From Octopus vulgaris (Eukaryota), in the NCBI GenBank assembly GCA_951406725.2, contig OX597825.1:40610001-40674000 (forward strand): a stretch of 64,000 nucleotides of DNA, written 5' to 3'. This document shows positions 1-13,439 of the stretch, in pieces; the stretch's first letter is position 1, and each line of letters starts with the position of its first letter. Both the position numbers and the translations under genes were made by a program. Under the pieces are notes generated by a model, which was given only the letters and a program-made list of their open reading frames with translations, searched no databases and was not told the DNA's origin.

Positions 1-34
1 TGACTGAAATAACTAAAAAATAAAAAATGCATAC

Positions 35-81
<47 letters not shown>

Positions 82-82
<1 letters not shown>

Positions 83-440
83 CAACGGTAGTGCCCCAAC
101 GAAAAGAGGTGTGTATGAGAGTGTTATTGTGCCGACAATGTTATATGGCGCAGAGACGTGGGGGCTGAGAGGCGCGGAAAGGAGTCAACTGACTATATTT
201 GAGATGAGATGTCTGAGGGCTATGGTTCGTGTGACATGGATGGACAGTATGAGGAGTGAGGAAGTTCGTAGATGAGCAGTAATGAGAGAAAAACTATCAA
301 ACAAATTAGATAGACGGACGTTAACATGGTTTGGCCTCATGGAAAAGATGGATGAGGAGCGGATGGTAAAGAGGGGGATTAAGGCTGAAGCGGTAGGCAG
401 CAGAACCAGAGACAGACCTCGCTTTCTGTGGACGGATAAG
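82..440 (+). mobile_element. RTE-clade LINE, decayed 3' ORF fragment (C-terminal to RT)
   Basis: Translation VYESVIVPTMLYGAETW...FEMRCLRAMVRVTWMDSMRSEEVRR*...LTWFGLMEKMDEERMVK...RTRDRPRFLWTD matches the RTE C-terminal pattern (LYGAETW, LR.I..V.W.D...NEEVR, WFGHV.RM, RGRPR..W.D); in-frame stop. Confidence 0.85.
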
Positions 441-677
441 TGAATTTTATTGATGCTCAAAGGGGTACGGAACCATCATGATGAGTCGAGGTTAAACCAG
501 CATATGCTGTCGAGCCCCGCTGCTGGTACTAGGGATTGCATACTATGCCTTGACCCGAGCATAGAATATGAATCTAGGGGATGAATGAAATGCCTGGTAT
601 GTGTCTTGTTATGGATACTCACTCCTAAAAGGAAAATGGGGAGTAGACCTGGGTGTATATATATATATATATAGTAA

Positions 678-990
678 AGGCGCATGGCTCAGTGGTTAGA
701 GCGTCGAGCTTACGACCATGATGTGAGTTCGAACCCTGGACCTAACCGGTATGAGTGTTGTGTTCTTGAGCAAGACACTTTATTTCACGTTGCTCCAGTT
801 CACTCAGCTGCAGAAATGAGTTGCAACGTCACTGGTGCCAAACTGTATTGGCATTTGCCTTTCTCTTGGATGGCATTGGTGGTGTGGTAGGCTGGTATGC
901 ATGGGCGACTGCTGGTGTTCCATAAACAGCCTTACCCGGACTTCTAGTGAAATACCATAATCATTCGTGATCGAGATGGCTCTCTGCATA
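678..990 (+). mobile_element. tRNA-derived SINE
   Basis: Head ggcgcaTGGCTCAGTGGttagagc...GAGTTCGAACCc (A and B boxes); flanked by (TA)n; near-identical head at 1767. Confidence 0.85.
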
Positions 991-992
991 TA

Positions 993-1031
<39 letters not shown>

Positions 1032-1072
1032 ATATATATATAGATATATGCATACTCACACATACATGTGTA

Positions 1073-1158
1073 CTAGATTTATTACCTAGCGTTGCCCGGT
1101 ATATTCACGGAATTGTTTGTCAGTTTGTAGAACGAGGAATTCATGGTACTTATGTATG

Positions 1159-1206
<48 letters not shown>

Positions 1207-1727
1207 CTAAATTCTGGACTTATTTAATTTGAAATAGCCAAACAATAGTAATCAATTTAATGTTTGAAGAAAATTGTGAGTAAAATCACCACTAACACAA
1301 TCTCTTCAACCACCACCATTATTCCCGTCACGACCTCCACTACCACCACCACCGTTATTACCCGCTGGCAACGCTCCCTCCTCCTTCTTCGTTCTATCAC
1401 TAGCTCATGTGCGATCCTCTGACTCAATACGTTTCAAATGGTTTAAACGTGTCTAATAACGACACTTAATGATCACCTCCTCCCTCGCTTCTTCTTTATC
1501 ATATCTCGTCACATTCTCCTCCACCCACTACACATCCGCACTTATTTCTTCACCTCTTACTATTGCTCGTCTTTCATATAGTGTTTCCCCAATCCTTTCC
1601 CTTAAATCTATCTCTTCCTCTTACTCAACCACCACTAATGTCGCTCACTCTCCCACTCTCTTTTTTACCTCTCTCTTTCTCTCTCGCACTGTTGTGTGTG
1701 TGTGTATATATAAATATATACATTTAT

Positions 1728-1762
<35 letters not shown>

Positions 1763-2213
1763 GTGAAGGCGCATGGCTCAGTGGTTAGAGCGTCGAGCTT
1801 ACGACCGTGATGTTGTGAGTTAGAACCCTGGACCTGACCGGGATGCGTGTTGCGTTCTTGAGCAAGACTTAGAGAGTGATAGAGTGAGAGCGAAGACTGT
1901 GTGTATAAGTCACAGATAGCGTACGTGGTTTGTGTTGATTCACACGCCATGACATTCATTATATGTGCGTGTATTCTGTATGTGTGCTGGAATGACGGAA
2001 GCCATGCTTTAGTTTTCGTTAAGAAATTATAAACAAACATTGTGTTTAAACTTTTTTATTAATAAATAGAGGTCCAAATATCACAAAAATTCGTACTGTA
2101 CTGACTTAAGTAAGTATCAATATATATATGCAAATGAACAAAGATAAAATATACAATTTCGTAGTTATTTCAGATGCAAACAAACATCTTCTAATGTCTT
2201 AGTATTATTGAGA
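1073..2213 (-). mobile_element. Non-autonomous Helitron-like element
   Basis: Minus strand starts TCTCAATAATACT (2213) with gatgtttgtttgc nearby and ends accgggcaacgctaggt (hairpin)-aataaat-CTAG|T at 1073; interrupted by SINE at 1767. Confidence 0.6.
1767..1868 (+). mobile_element. Truncated tRNA-SINE, same family as 678
   Basis: aaggcgcatggctcagtggttagagcgtcgagcttacgacc...cttgagcaagac is near-identical to 678-778. Confidence 0.85.
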
Positions 2214-2223
2214 TATATATATA

Positions 2224-3000
2224 CTAGCCTAAGTATCGGGTACTGCTCGAAGTATAAAGAATGTTAAAGGAAATAAATATACTTATTCTGATAAAAAATA
2301 TTTTTTTCAGGAAATTTCTATCAGATTGCGTGAGTATAAGCAAGGTTACTAAAACAAATCCTGAAATCAATCACATTATAATTTTGTAGAACTTCTAAAT
2401 GTACAATGTTTTCAGTGTGTCCTTTTATTGGGGTAAAAATAATAAATTCCAACTCACGAATATCCTATATATAATTGCCCATGAGAGAACCCAGGAGAAG
2501 CAATGTTAAGTCAAACAACCATGAGAAATTGTCATTGATATTTGCTTATCGACATAGCAAAACTTAGTTTCTCTGGGAACTGGAGTCGTTTAAATTCAAA
2601 GGGAAAGTCATATGGGATTAACGGGATCCGTGGAATGATACATTCTCACTCTTATATTTCCCAGTGCTAATTGCTGCCTCTTGGACATGAGATTGCATCA
2701 CTTTCACCACCAGTCTGGTGCCATTGCACAGGTGAGGTGGATCCATATTCCTAAGTGGAATGATTGAAGTCCCCTTTTTAAGTATTAAGTTGTGCGGTGG
2801 CATCCCAGATGGGTGTATAGATTCCAGGAACTCAACGTCGATGGATTTGAAAGACTGATCTTGTTCTGGCAACAGCTGCAAGAGATCTTAATTGATTTTG
2901 TCGATAGCATCATCACGTGGACCTCATAGAGCCATTGGCTGTTGCTAAAATTTTGTGCAATGTTTTGAAACATGCATTTTGACAGTGGGTGTCATTTCTC
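2224..3000 (-). mobile_element. Helitron 3' fragment: PIF1-like helicase C-terminus plus 3' hairpin/CTAG
   Basis: EFLESIHPSGMPPHNLILKKGTSIIPLRNMDPPHLCNGTRLVVK, then frameshifted RIPLIPYDFPFEFKRLQFP..SFAMSI and FSHGQLYI (to ~2460); ends cgagcagtacccg...CTAG|T at 2224. Confidence 0.9.
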
Positions 3001-3509
3001 CACAGTGTAGGTTGTTTTACGGTTGGAATTTTCCATGTAAATGATAGTAAAGTGTGTATCAAATAAAATTAAAACCTGGTTCGGTGACAGATCGATCAAG
3101 TTAGTAAAGTTTTAACATTTTTGGTAACAACATATTCTCTCTGCCAATTAAATATTGAAAACGAGAGAAAATGCCACCCTCTCTTTTCCAAGAGAAATTA
3201 AGTTAGCTTGGTTTCTGTTGCGTGCTTGATATCGCCTCTAATCCTTTTCCATGTCAAATATGTACATGCACGACTTTTAGACCTTTCTTTAAGGTGAGTA
3301 ATCGGGGGATACTCGGGGGAACGAGAGAGGAGGTTGGAAGCGTAGGGAAGCGGTTTCTCAACCCGCTTCCCCTTTACCCGGTAGTATAATTCAGAATATT
3401 ATAGGAAAGGGTATTGAAGGGGGCCACAGCAACCCTCTGGGAGGAGAAGCATCGCCTTCACTTTGCCGGCTGGTATCTAATGTTAGGTATCAGAATTAAA
3501 AAAGATAAA

Positions 3510-3760
3510 TAAATGCGCCCTTTTAAAGCCTAGCCAGGCTTATGGGCCCGGTTTCCCGATTTCTATGGCGTATATGTTCCCCAGCTGGACGGAACGCCAG
3601 TCCATCGCAGCGTTACTCATTGTTGCCAGCTGAATGGACTGGAGCTACGTGAAAGGAAGTGTTTTGCTCAAGAGCACAATGCGCCACCCGGTCCAGGAAT
3701 CGAAACCACAATCTTACGATGATGATGCTGACACCCTAACCACAAAGCTGCGCGCCTCCA
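3510..3760 (-). mobile_element. tRNA-derived SINE
   Basis: Minus-strand head ggaggcgcgcagctttgtggttagggtg...ggtttcgattcctggaccggg; body cttgagcaaaacactt...gctccagtccattcagctg shared with the 678 SINE. Confidence 0.8.
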
Positions 3761-4349
3761 CTAGGTATCAGCATGCAATATCTAAAATCGAAATATTCAG
3801 TATTAATAAGTCGAGTTGCTCTAAGAATATTAAAAAGAAGTAATGTAAGTTATCAGTATATAATAATTTTCACTCCATATCCAAGAATAAATACACACAT
3901 TGGATTTAAATGTTAAATATCAAGTGTTTATAAGGCAAGTTGTTCCAAAAATATCCAACATATGTATTAGAAGTTTATCAAGAGTTAACATGTCCTAATT
4001 CCAATCCAAGTCACATCGAATTTAAATATGAAATATTTAGTATACTCTAGGTAATTTTATTAGGTCTATTCTACGAACAATTATTTGAATAACTCATGTC
4101 GATACCTTTTACTTATGTTACGTGACTATTGAAGTTTAAAATTTATAAAGTTTATCGTATAAATTGAAAGATATCCTACAGTGTATATTGAGTAAAGGAC
4201 CGAATGAATGACATATCAATGTAATACGGGTTTTTAACCGGGTGCGCGTCCGTATGAAGAACTTTCGTTACTTAGAAACGTTATTGTTTCTTTTTCTTCC
4301 GAAAATTACAAGAGTTGTGTGTAACATCGAATTTTAATGTGTAGTACCA

Positions 4350-4665
4350 CCTTTGGTCGAGCAAATCGACCACACGGCTTATTCTTTGTAAGCTTAGTAC
4401 TTATTCTATCGGTCTCTTTTGCCGAACCGCTAAGTTACGGGGACGTAAACACACCAACATCGGTTGTCAAGTGATGTTGTGGGAACAAACAGAGACACAC
4501 AAACATATACACATATACATATATATATATGTATATATATACTTCTATATGACGAGCTTCTTTCAGTTTCCGTCTAACAAATCCACTCACAAGGCTTTGG
4601 TCGGTCCGAGGCTATGGTAGAAGACACTTGCCCAAGGTGTCACGCAGTGGGACTGAACCCGGAGC
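4350..4665 (-). mobile_element. CORE-like tRNA SINE (OR2-like), head truncated
   Basis: ccgggttcagtcccactgcgtgacaccttgggcaagtgtcttc on minus (B box + CORE-like cttgggcaagt); homologues at 22.5, 23.5, 59.3 and 61.0 kb. Confidence 0.75.
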
Positions 4666-4669
4666 AGGA

Positions 4670-4810
4670 AGTGTAGATGAGGGCAGCGGCACCGTACTCT
4701 CTCAAACACCAAATGTCAATTTCTAAGAAGAATTAGTGAGGTAAAATTATGTAGCAACACCAAATAACGGTTCCCCAGCGTGGCCACAGCTCATGAACTG
4801 AAATTAGATC
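4670..4810 (+). mobile_element. 3' part of a SINE related to the 46711 element
   Basis: Tail ccccagcgtggccacagctcatgaactgaaa matches the reverse complement of 46711-46748; followed by (ATCAA)n. Confidence 0.55.
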
Positions 4811-5669
4811 AAATCAAATCAAATCAAATAAATGACCATCTGTAGAACTCAATACACTTATTTTTCAGAAGAAAGTGTTTGACGAGTATAGAGCGGTAAT
4901 GAGAATGAGCAACAGCATACGAAAAAAAGAAACCAAGATGGTTATGTTATGCACTTCATTACCTTACAGCTGTTTAGGTTATGAGATGCAATGAATGCAT
5001 AGCCCGCATCGTATCGCAGAAATAACATCCTCTACTAATTATATTTCAAAACTTAATTGGTTCACTTAATGTTGCGATTTGATACATTATCAATATCTTC
5101 GAAAAAGGCGTTACATTTCAATCTTTTAAATACAATATAGAGAAACATTTGATGTTTTCATCTGTTTAATTAATAACTGTAAAAATATTGAGTACAAGAG
5201 AGAGTTTAGTTTTGTTTGCCTATTGTCAATGCTGTTGAGAACAATTATTTTCGATATATGACAACATCCTAGTATGACAAATTAATTGCAATCGAATTTG
5301 CTTGCCATTTAACACAATCTTCATTTCACAGGAAATCAGATCGTATATTTTGTAGAAAATTGCTTACAGCTACAAAAGAATACTAATATGACAATTTAGT
5401 TATATATAAAAAAATACCAGTCAGTCCTGTGTTGAAGATAACTAAATTAGCAGCTGTAAGGCATGAGTTAAGATATTTGACTTAGAGAAGCAAATAGAAT
5501 TTTAAAATAGAATTTTAAACTTTTACAAAAGAGATATATCGCATTTTCTGTAGACATCTAAGTGATATGACGCTGTGAATCTATGATCGACCAATTTGTA
5601 TCATATGCATTATCATCTGATTAGGCACCGGATATAATGTGAAATGGCAATTTGTGTGCATATTGCGTA

Positions 5670-5880
5670 GGCGGCGAACTAGCTGAATCGTTATCATGCT
5701 GGGCAAAATGCTTTGCAGGATTTCGTTCGTCTTCATGTTCAGAGATCAAATTGCACCAGGGTCGATTCTTTTCTCCTTGGAGATCGATAAAATAAATAAC
5801 TACAAGTTGAGTACTGGTGTCGATCATATCACTTTAACGCCTTCCTGGAAATAGCTGGCCTTGTAATAAAATTTGAAACT
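5670..5880 (+). mobile_element. Meta-domain tRNA SINE, decayed
   Basis: Aligns by eye to the 26639 copy (ggcggcgaactagctgaatcgtta...gtcgat...gatcgataaaata). Confidence 0.7.
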
Positions 5881-6328
5881 AACATATGTATTATTGTCAA
5901 TTTGTTGGAAATTTGGGTCCTTGATATGTGTAACTAGTAAAGTGATATTCATCTAGTACCATTAAAATATATGAAAACACGAAGAAAGCAACATCAAAAA
6001 TACGGGTATTTGTGATAAATAGATACACAGCTACAGAAAAGGAAACATTTATATACATATATAACCACAGAAATGTACATACACCTATCTATTTTCTTTC
6101 TTTCTCACTCTTCACTCAGACACATAAAACAAAAGATTTATTTACATACATAAACGTAAGCATAATCCTAGGTCCGTACATATTTGTTTGCTCCTAAATA
6201 CATAATATATACGCATAATTATACATAGCAGGCAAAGAACAGGGGGAAATACGAAAATACAAGGATTAGGCTCGGAAAATACGACTACGGGTTCAGGTAG
6301 TGGTTGTAGTGGTAAGGAAGGGTAATAT

Positions 6329-6345
6329 AACAATAATAATAATAA

Positions 6346-6389
<44 letters not shown>

Positions 6390-6450
6390 AGAAGAAAAAG
6401 AAGAAGAAGAAGAAGAAGAAGAAGAAGAAGAAGAAGAAGAAGAAGAAGAT
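6329..6450 (+). repeat. (AAT)n-(GAA)n microsatellite
   Basis: Directly visible. Confidence 0.95.
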
Positions 6451-6579
6451 AAACAGAAATGAACTAAAGCAACATTCCAACAATGGCTGAGAACCTCAGG
6501 ACTCAAAGCAGAGACTAAAGGTTTTATGGTAAAGATGAATCCCAACTTAGTTCCCTCGTTGATACGGTGTATACTTTCA

Positions 6580-7948
6580 GTGCTGATATAGGAATGGAGT
6601 TCAGACTGAAAAAGGTGTGGTGTGTTAGTCTTGAAGAGAGGCAAAATCAAATGTATGGACGGGCTAGCGATACCGTCCGGGGAGGTTATGAAGCAGATAG
6701 AAGAGATGGACTATAAGTACTTGGGGATTTTGTAAATGGATAAATTGATGGAGAAAGAAATGACAGAAATGTTTAAGGTGGAGTACTTGCGCAGACTGAG
6801 ACTGATCCTTAATTCGAAATTAAACGGACGGAATAAGATTGAAGCTTTCAACACCGAGGTGGTTTCATTCCTTAGATATGAAGCAGGGCGAATTGCATGG
6901 ACAGTAGACGAACTAAACAGCTTAGTTAAAAAATAAGGAAGTTGCTGAAAAGATATGGGATATTCCATCCAAATGGTCGCCCGGATAGGCTATATGTACC
7001 AAGAAAAAGTTGGTGAAGAGGACTGATATAATGAGAACACAGCATTAGAGAAGAAAGCAACATAGGATGGTATGTAAAAAATTTCACAGGTTAATTATTA
7101 TTTGAAGTAAGAATGTCAGGCTTGTGTAGGATGGAAGATTGCAAAGATAAAGCACTGTACAAGCACTTGAGAATGAATGAAACTGAAAATAGTTGGATAA
7201 AGAAAAGAATGCATGGACAATTTCATAAGTATGTTCAATATAAGACAAACAGAGAAAAAGATGCTCTGGATGACTAAAAGTAATTCAAAAACGTAAATGT
7301 GTACTCTAATATGTGCTGCCCAAGAGCAAGCACTATGAACGAATAGAAATGCAGAATAGACAATACATCAGAAATTGATGTGCAGAATTTCTGTACAAAA
7401 TGCTGAAACTCTATGGCATATTACCAGTCGATGTATGCCACTAGCCCAGAAAGAATATAAGAGACGTTATGACAATATACCAATGATTGTCGATTGGACC
7501 CTTTCCAACAAGTATGGATTTGACAGAGCAAAAGAGTGATACGAACATAAACCTGAAGGCATCATCGAAATTGATACTGCAAAGATCCTATGAGATTTCC
7601 TGATTCAGTGCGACCATGAGATGGAGAATAGGAAAACAGTCATAGTTTTAATTGAGAAAGAAAGCAACTATGCAGGATAACAGATATAGCATGCCCAGCT
7701 AACATCAAGGTATGCGATATGGAAGAAAGAAAATCGATAGATATGATAGGTTAGTTTTGGAAGTTAAGTAGTTGTGGTCGCTCAAAAAGTTGGATGTAGT
7801 ACCAATAATTGTCGGAGCCCCGGGAAGAGTGAGTAAAAATCTTGATACATATATGAAACAAATAGGGCTGCAATAAGGGTGGAGCAATTGCAGAAAAGCA
7901 GCACTGCTTAGAACCGTTTGAATACTCCGGATGGTGTGCGAAAAATAA
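6580..7948 (+). mobile_element. Dong/R4-clade LINE, 5'-truncated (RT end, CCHC, restriction-like endonuclease)
   Basis: DIGMEF..KKC, YKYLGI, EYLRRLRLILNSKLNGRNKIEAFNT, C..C..ETLWHI...C, DFLIQCDHEMENR, DIACP, VVPIIVGAPG; many stops and frameshifts. Confidence 0.9.
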
Positions 7949-7954
7949 TGGGGT

Positions 7955-10060
7955 TCAGAGCTTTGGGCTTTAAAATTTAAAAGTTCTTCACAGGAGATAT
8001 TTCGAGACAGCTGGACGAAATACTGAGTAGTAACATTCAGGTACCGGCCTGGAGGACAAAAGGAAGAACAGTACTTTGCTAGAAGGACCCAAATAATGGG
8101 AATGCGGATAGAAATGTCTGACCAATATCCTGTTTGCCACTGATGTGAAAACTGATTACGGGCATCGATGAGTATGATCTACTAGTAGTTGAACAATGAG
8201 GGTGTAGAAGTAAGAGCAGAGGAACTAAAGATCAATTACTAATTGATAATACTATACTGGCTGATTGCAAGAAGAGACACAAAAATTTGGCGTTGTCTGG
8301 GTGGACTATAGGAAAGCATTTCACATGGTCCCACACTCGTGGATTATTGAATGCCTTAAACTGATTAAGGTCTCACACAATATCCTGACGTGAATACAAA
8401 ACTCAATGGCAAACTTGGCGAATTGAATCATAGCATGGGGAGATAAGCTGGGAGAGGTAAATATCGAAAGAGGAATCTTTCAAACGGACAGTCTATCGCC
8501 TCTCCTATTTGTTGTCTGCACGCTGTCACTAACGAACGTTTGAAGAAAATGCGTGTGGGGTACATGCTAGGCAGGGTGAAGGTAAACAACATATGGTTTA
8601 TGGATGACCTAAAGCAATTCATTAAGTCTGAGAAAGAAATTGAGAGTTTGACGGCAACTGTGCAGATGATTAGCAAACATTGGCATGGAATTTGGGATCG
8701 AGAAATGTGGTGTAATAATTCTCAATAGGAGGAAAATCAGTAAAAAAACATGGTATCAGGCTGGTAAGTGGGGAAACTATAAGGGAAGTCGGAAAGGATT
8801 TGATGTAAGTACTTGGGTATCATTGAAAGAGATATGGTGAATGAACACAAAGATGTAAGAAATGTACAGGAAAGAGTATTTGAGAACTCGGCTTGTGCTC
8901 CAGTCAAAGCTAAAAGGCTGCTATAATATTAGAGCAATTAACACGTGGGCTGTTGCCTTGATAAGATATGGAGCAGGAATAGTATCTTGGAAAGCAGGAA
9001 TTATAAAAGATAGACCGGAGAACATGTAAATTAATGACAATGAACAGGGAAGTACACCCCAAGAGTAATGTGTCAACATTGTATGTAAAGAGGAAGGAAG
9101 GCGGACCTTCATGGTGTGAAGGTTGCATAAGGGAAGAGAGAAATAGCCTGGCTTGGTATGTTAAGGGGAGTAAAGAAGAAATGACTGAATCAGTGAATAT
9201 GTAGGGAACCTTAAAAGTGAACGAAGCTGTAGATCCAACCTAATTTAAAGAATACCAGAGAGAGCGGATGAAGAAAATCTGTCAGGGCAAGAGAATGCAC
9301 TGTGAGTTCTTGAAGAATAAAGATGTGATCGATTGGAAAAACACCTGGCAATAGCTGCAGAAGAGAGACTTAAAAGGACTCACTGAGGCATTTGTATGCA
9401 GCGCTCAAGGATAAACTCTCAACAAACTACTCCAAACATCACATTAATAAAAGCACTGACACGCCACAATGTAGGATATTCTCTAAGAAGGGAGAAAGTA
9501 TAAGCCATATTATTAGTGAGTATTTTAGCTCGCACAACGAGAATATAAAAGGAGCTACGACAATGTAACCAGGTATATCCACTGGCTGTTGTGCGGTAAA
9601 GCAAACCACGAGAGAGAGAGACGAACAATGGTATGAACACAAGCCAGAGCAGTAATAGAAAACGAACATTACAAAATACACTGGGATTTTAACAAGCAAT
9701 GTGACCAAGTCACAGAGGCAAGATGACCAGATATCGTTCTCATCCATAAAGATAAAAAGAGAAAAAAAGGTAATGGATGTTTGAGGTAATGGTGATTTGA
9801 GGCTGAAATGTAAGAAAACAGAAAATATTGAGAATACCAACGACTGCGGAATGACATAGGTAATTCATGGGGCATGAGGAAAGTAATGGTGATAATGGTG
9901 GTAATTGGAGTGTTAGGAGCAGCTTCCAAGGGATTTGAAAAACATATTAAGAATATTGGAGCTGCTGTCATGCTCGAGGTGATCAGGAAGACAGCCTTGT
10001 TGGGTACAGCGTGCATTCTAAGGAGAGTATTGTCTCTTTGGGTCACAGAAGGCACCACTT
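7955..10060 (+). mobile_element. Second Dong/R4 LINE, 5'-truncated (RT + CCHC + RLE), head-to-tail with the first
   Basis: PISCLPLM*KL, DYRKAF.MVPHSWI, RGIFQTDSLSP, WFMDDLK, RAINTWAVALIRYGAG, PDIV, VVIGVLG, IRKTALLGTACILRRVL; (GAT)n/(AAT)n tail follows. Confidence 0.92.
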
Positions 10061-10099
10061 GAATAATCGGTAATTAAGTACTATCAGAGTCTTTCATAA

Positions 10100-10140
10100 T
10101 AGATGATGATAATGACGATGATAATGATGATGATAATGAC

Positions 10141-10222
<82 letters not shown>

Positions 10223-10290
10223 CTGATGATGATGATGATGATGATTATGATGATGATGATGATGATGATGATGATAATAATAATAATAAT
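10100..10290 (+). repeat. (GAT)n/(AAT)n microsatellite (LINE tail or target)
   Basis: Directly visible. Confidence 0.95.
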
Positions 10291-10797
10291 AAATGCTCTG
10301 ATGCAGTACAAGGCAGTGGCTTCTGATCTTAACTGATTGGAAGTGTTATCATGTACATTGTTTTGTCTTGGTATAAAAGATGGGCTACAGCAAATATTCT
10401 GCTCAATACCACAGATTTGCTTGTCAGTTATTTGCCCTTAATCATTTGACCATGTCCCTTAGTGGGGGAGCATCATAGCCATGTGTTGAGTGGGATTCTT
10501 TGAGGTTTGAATAATTCACCACTGCAAACTTGAGTGTTTTGTTCAATATCGTTAAACAACCCTTATTCAGGGACCTTTTGAGCGGGATAGGTTACTCAAC
10601 CAGAAGAAAATTCTAACTGGACCCCACCTGCAAGGTCATGCGCTGTTTACTTTGATATGAGATCACCATGTCGCGTACACATGGTTTTGATGCATGTGCC
10701 TAGTGTACCCTTATCAGAAGGGTAGTCACGATAGTATACTGGGCTTCGTATATTTTACCCCAGTATCACTTTGATGGCATGCACTGCTCCCTCATTC

Positions 10798-10800
<3 letters not shown>
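10291..10800 (+). mobile_element. Non-coding ~0.5-kb (AAT)n-embedded retroposon, copy 1
   Basis: Homologous to 11628, 12738, 28935 and 32135; (AAT)n on both sides; no ORF. Confidence 0.85.
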
Positions 10801-10861
<61 letters not shown>

Positions 10862-11627
10862 TTATAACAATTAGATGCAAGAAATATAAGAAAACGGATA
10901 ACCACTACCTTTAACCCCACTCCACCCCACCACCACAAACTCCACTTTCTTAATGATTCACCTGGAAAAATAGCCGCAAGTGAGGTAATCCCTGTTCATT
11001 GTGCTACAGCATGTGTAAAGTGAATTCCATCACAAATCACAACAGAAATGTTATGATTTATAGAGAAGGTGAAACGTGTAAATGTTCCCATTTGGTATAC
11101 ACAGTGGAATGCACTAAACCTAATTTGTTCTATGTTGGTTGTACAATAGAATAATTAAATAAATGATTCAATGAGCGTAGATATGACGCCAGGCACAATA
11201 GCTGCAGTTTGACGGAACTTGCCGAACATTATATAATAAGCGGCTTTAATTTTGAGGAGCACCTGAAAGTACATATTCTCTGAAAATATTCTGAATCTAC
11301 TACACTTTCATTCATGAAAATGATTGAGAAGAAATATATTTGCGAATTACTAACATCGCATCCTGGAGGAATTAATAAAATGAGAGGGGAATTTCTAAAC
11401 GGGAACGCAGGATCTTCTCGTTCAATATTTGAAGGTTGGCGTTTCTGCGGTACTTTTCATTTTATATTTGTAACCTGAAGACAGACAATCCTTTGAAATA
11501 TTGCTCTATCCATTAAATAAACACTATATTACAAATTGCATTGCGTTGTTCTTTTACCATGGCTACAAGGCCTGTCTAATAATAATAATACTAACATATT
11601 ACGCTGCAGCATGTTTTGATATACAAT

Positions 11628-11937
11628 ATGGGCTACAGCAAATATTCTGCTCAATACTACAGATTCGCTTGTCACTTGTTTAACCTTAACCAGTTGAGCA
11701 TGTATATTGGCGGCTGCGATATGTGCATCTCTGATCACGAGCAGAAGTCGTGCGGGAGCATCATAGCCATGTATCGAGAGGAATACTTTGGGCTTTGAAT
11801 AATTCATCCTTGGAAACAATGGTTGTGATGCATGTGCCTGATGTAACCTTATGAGACGGGTAGTCATGGTGGGTATATTAGGCTTCCTATATTTTTACCC
11901 TAGTGTCACTTTGTTGACATGCACCGCTCTCTCAATC
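11628..11937 (+). mobile_element. (AAT)n-embedded retroposon, copy 2 (5'-truncated, internal deletion)
   Basis: atgggctacagcaaatattctgctcaatac...gtcactttgttgacatgcaccgctctctcaatc. Confidence 0.85.
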
Positions 11938-12043
11938 AATAAATCAATCTATCAATCTATCAATCAATCAATCAATCAATCAAACAACAACAATAACAAC
12001 AACAACAACAACAACAACAATAATAATAATAATAATAATAATG

Positions 12044-12127
<84 letters not shown>

Positions 12128-12149
12128 GGTCACTGAGAATGAGAAAGCA

Positions 12150-12621
12150 ACCATACTCTGAGATATGCCAATATACACAGATAGAGAATACAAGGCTAAT
12201 ACACTGGATATATATGTGGTTGTGATCATCAGGAAAGAAGATGCCGTCTAATCGATATATCACTACCAACAGATGACAACTTTATTGTAAAAGAAACGGA
12301 CAAACTTTCAAAATACAAATATCTGGGAAGAGAGATATCTAGAATGTTGAAGCTAAAACCAGAAACAATTCCTGTAATAGTTGGCGCCTTAGGTATGATA
12401 AAAAAATGTATTCAGACATATACATATCCGAAACACTAGGACGTACAAGTATAAATAACATACAGAAAATAGCACTATTAGGCTCCGCGCACATTCTACA
12501 TAAAGCACTTTCTGTAACTTGAAAGTAAAAACACCACAACAAACCACATCACATACCCAAGGCACACAGAGCTGCGCTCGGTAGTGAAGTAAAAGCACGC
12601 TATAAAAATAAAACTACTGAC

Positions 12622-12622
<1 letters not shown>
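12150..12622 (+). mobile_element. Dong/R4 3' fragment (RLE end + 3'UTR + (AAT)n tail)
   Basis: DMPI.T, LIDISLPTDDN, KLSKYK, TETIPVIVGALGMIKK, IQKIALLGSAHILHKALS; the UTR matches 63805-63900. Confidence 0.88.
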
Positions 12623-12687
<65 letters not shown>

Positions 12688-12737
12688 GAAGAAGAAGAAG
12701 AAGAAGAAGAAAAAGAAGAAAAAGAAGAAGAAGATCC

Positions 12738-13250
12738 CTGATCTTAAGTGATTGGAAATGTTATTAAACATGTTTTGTCTTGGAGTCAAAGATGGGATGC
12801 AACAAATATTCTGCTCAATACCACAGATGTGCTTGTCATTTGTTTGACCTCAAACAGTTGAGAATGTCCCTTGGTGGCTGACAGTATGCGTGTCTCTAAT
12901 AACAAGCAGAAGTAGTGGGAAGCATCATAGCTAAGTGCTGAAAGGAATTCTTTGGGGTTTGAGTAATTTACCTCTGGAAACATGGTGTTTCGTTCAACAT
13001 CCTTAAACAACCATTATTCACGGACCTTTGGAGCAGCATGGGTTACTCGCCTGGATATAATTCTAAGTAGGCTCCTCATACAAGGTCATGCACTATCTAA
13101 CCTGATAGGGAATCACCATGTCGCACACATGGTTGTGATGTATGTGCATAGTCTACCTTTATCAGACGAGTAGTCATGACGAGTATATTGGACTTCGTAT
13201 ATTCGTACTCAACTGTCATCTTGATGGCATATCCTGCTCTTTCACTCAAT
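12738..13250 (+). mobile_element. (AAT)n-embedded retroposon, copy 3
   Basis: ctgatcttaagtgattggaa...gatggcatatcctgctctttcactcaataat. Confidence 0.85.
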
Positions 13251-13439
13251 AATGATAATAATAATGATAATAATAATGATAAGAAGAAGAAGAACAACAA
13301 CAACAACGAACGCCTGGTTAAAGATCACGAGATGCATAAAAACCTTCATTCTGTCACACAGTTGAGAAAAAATTGCCTTTGATTTCATGTGTGATACCCA
13401 GCCTAAACAACCAGCGAGAAATGCGACAAGTGTCTTGCC

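Noticed and set aside
3340-3372. GC hairpin gggaagcgg/ccgcttccc resembling a terminator
   Set aside because: Eukaryotic context and no associated unit; isolated hairpin.
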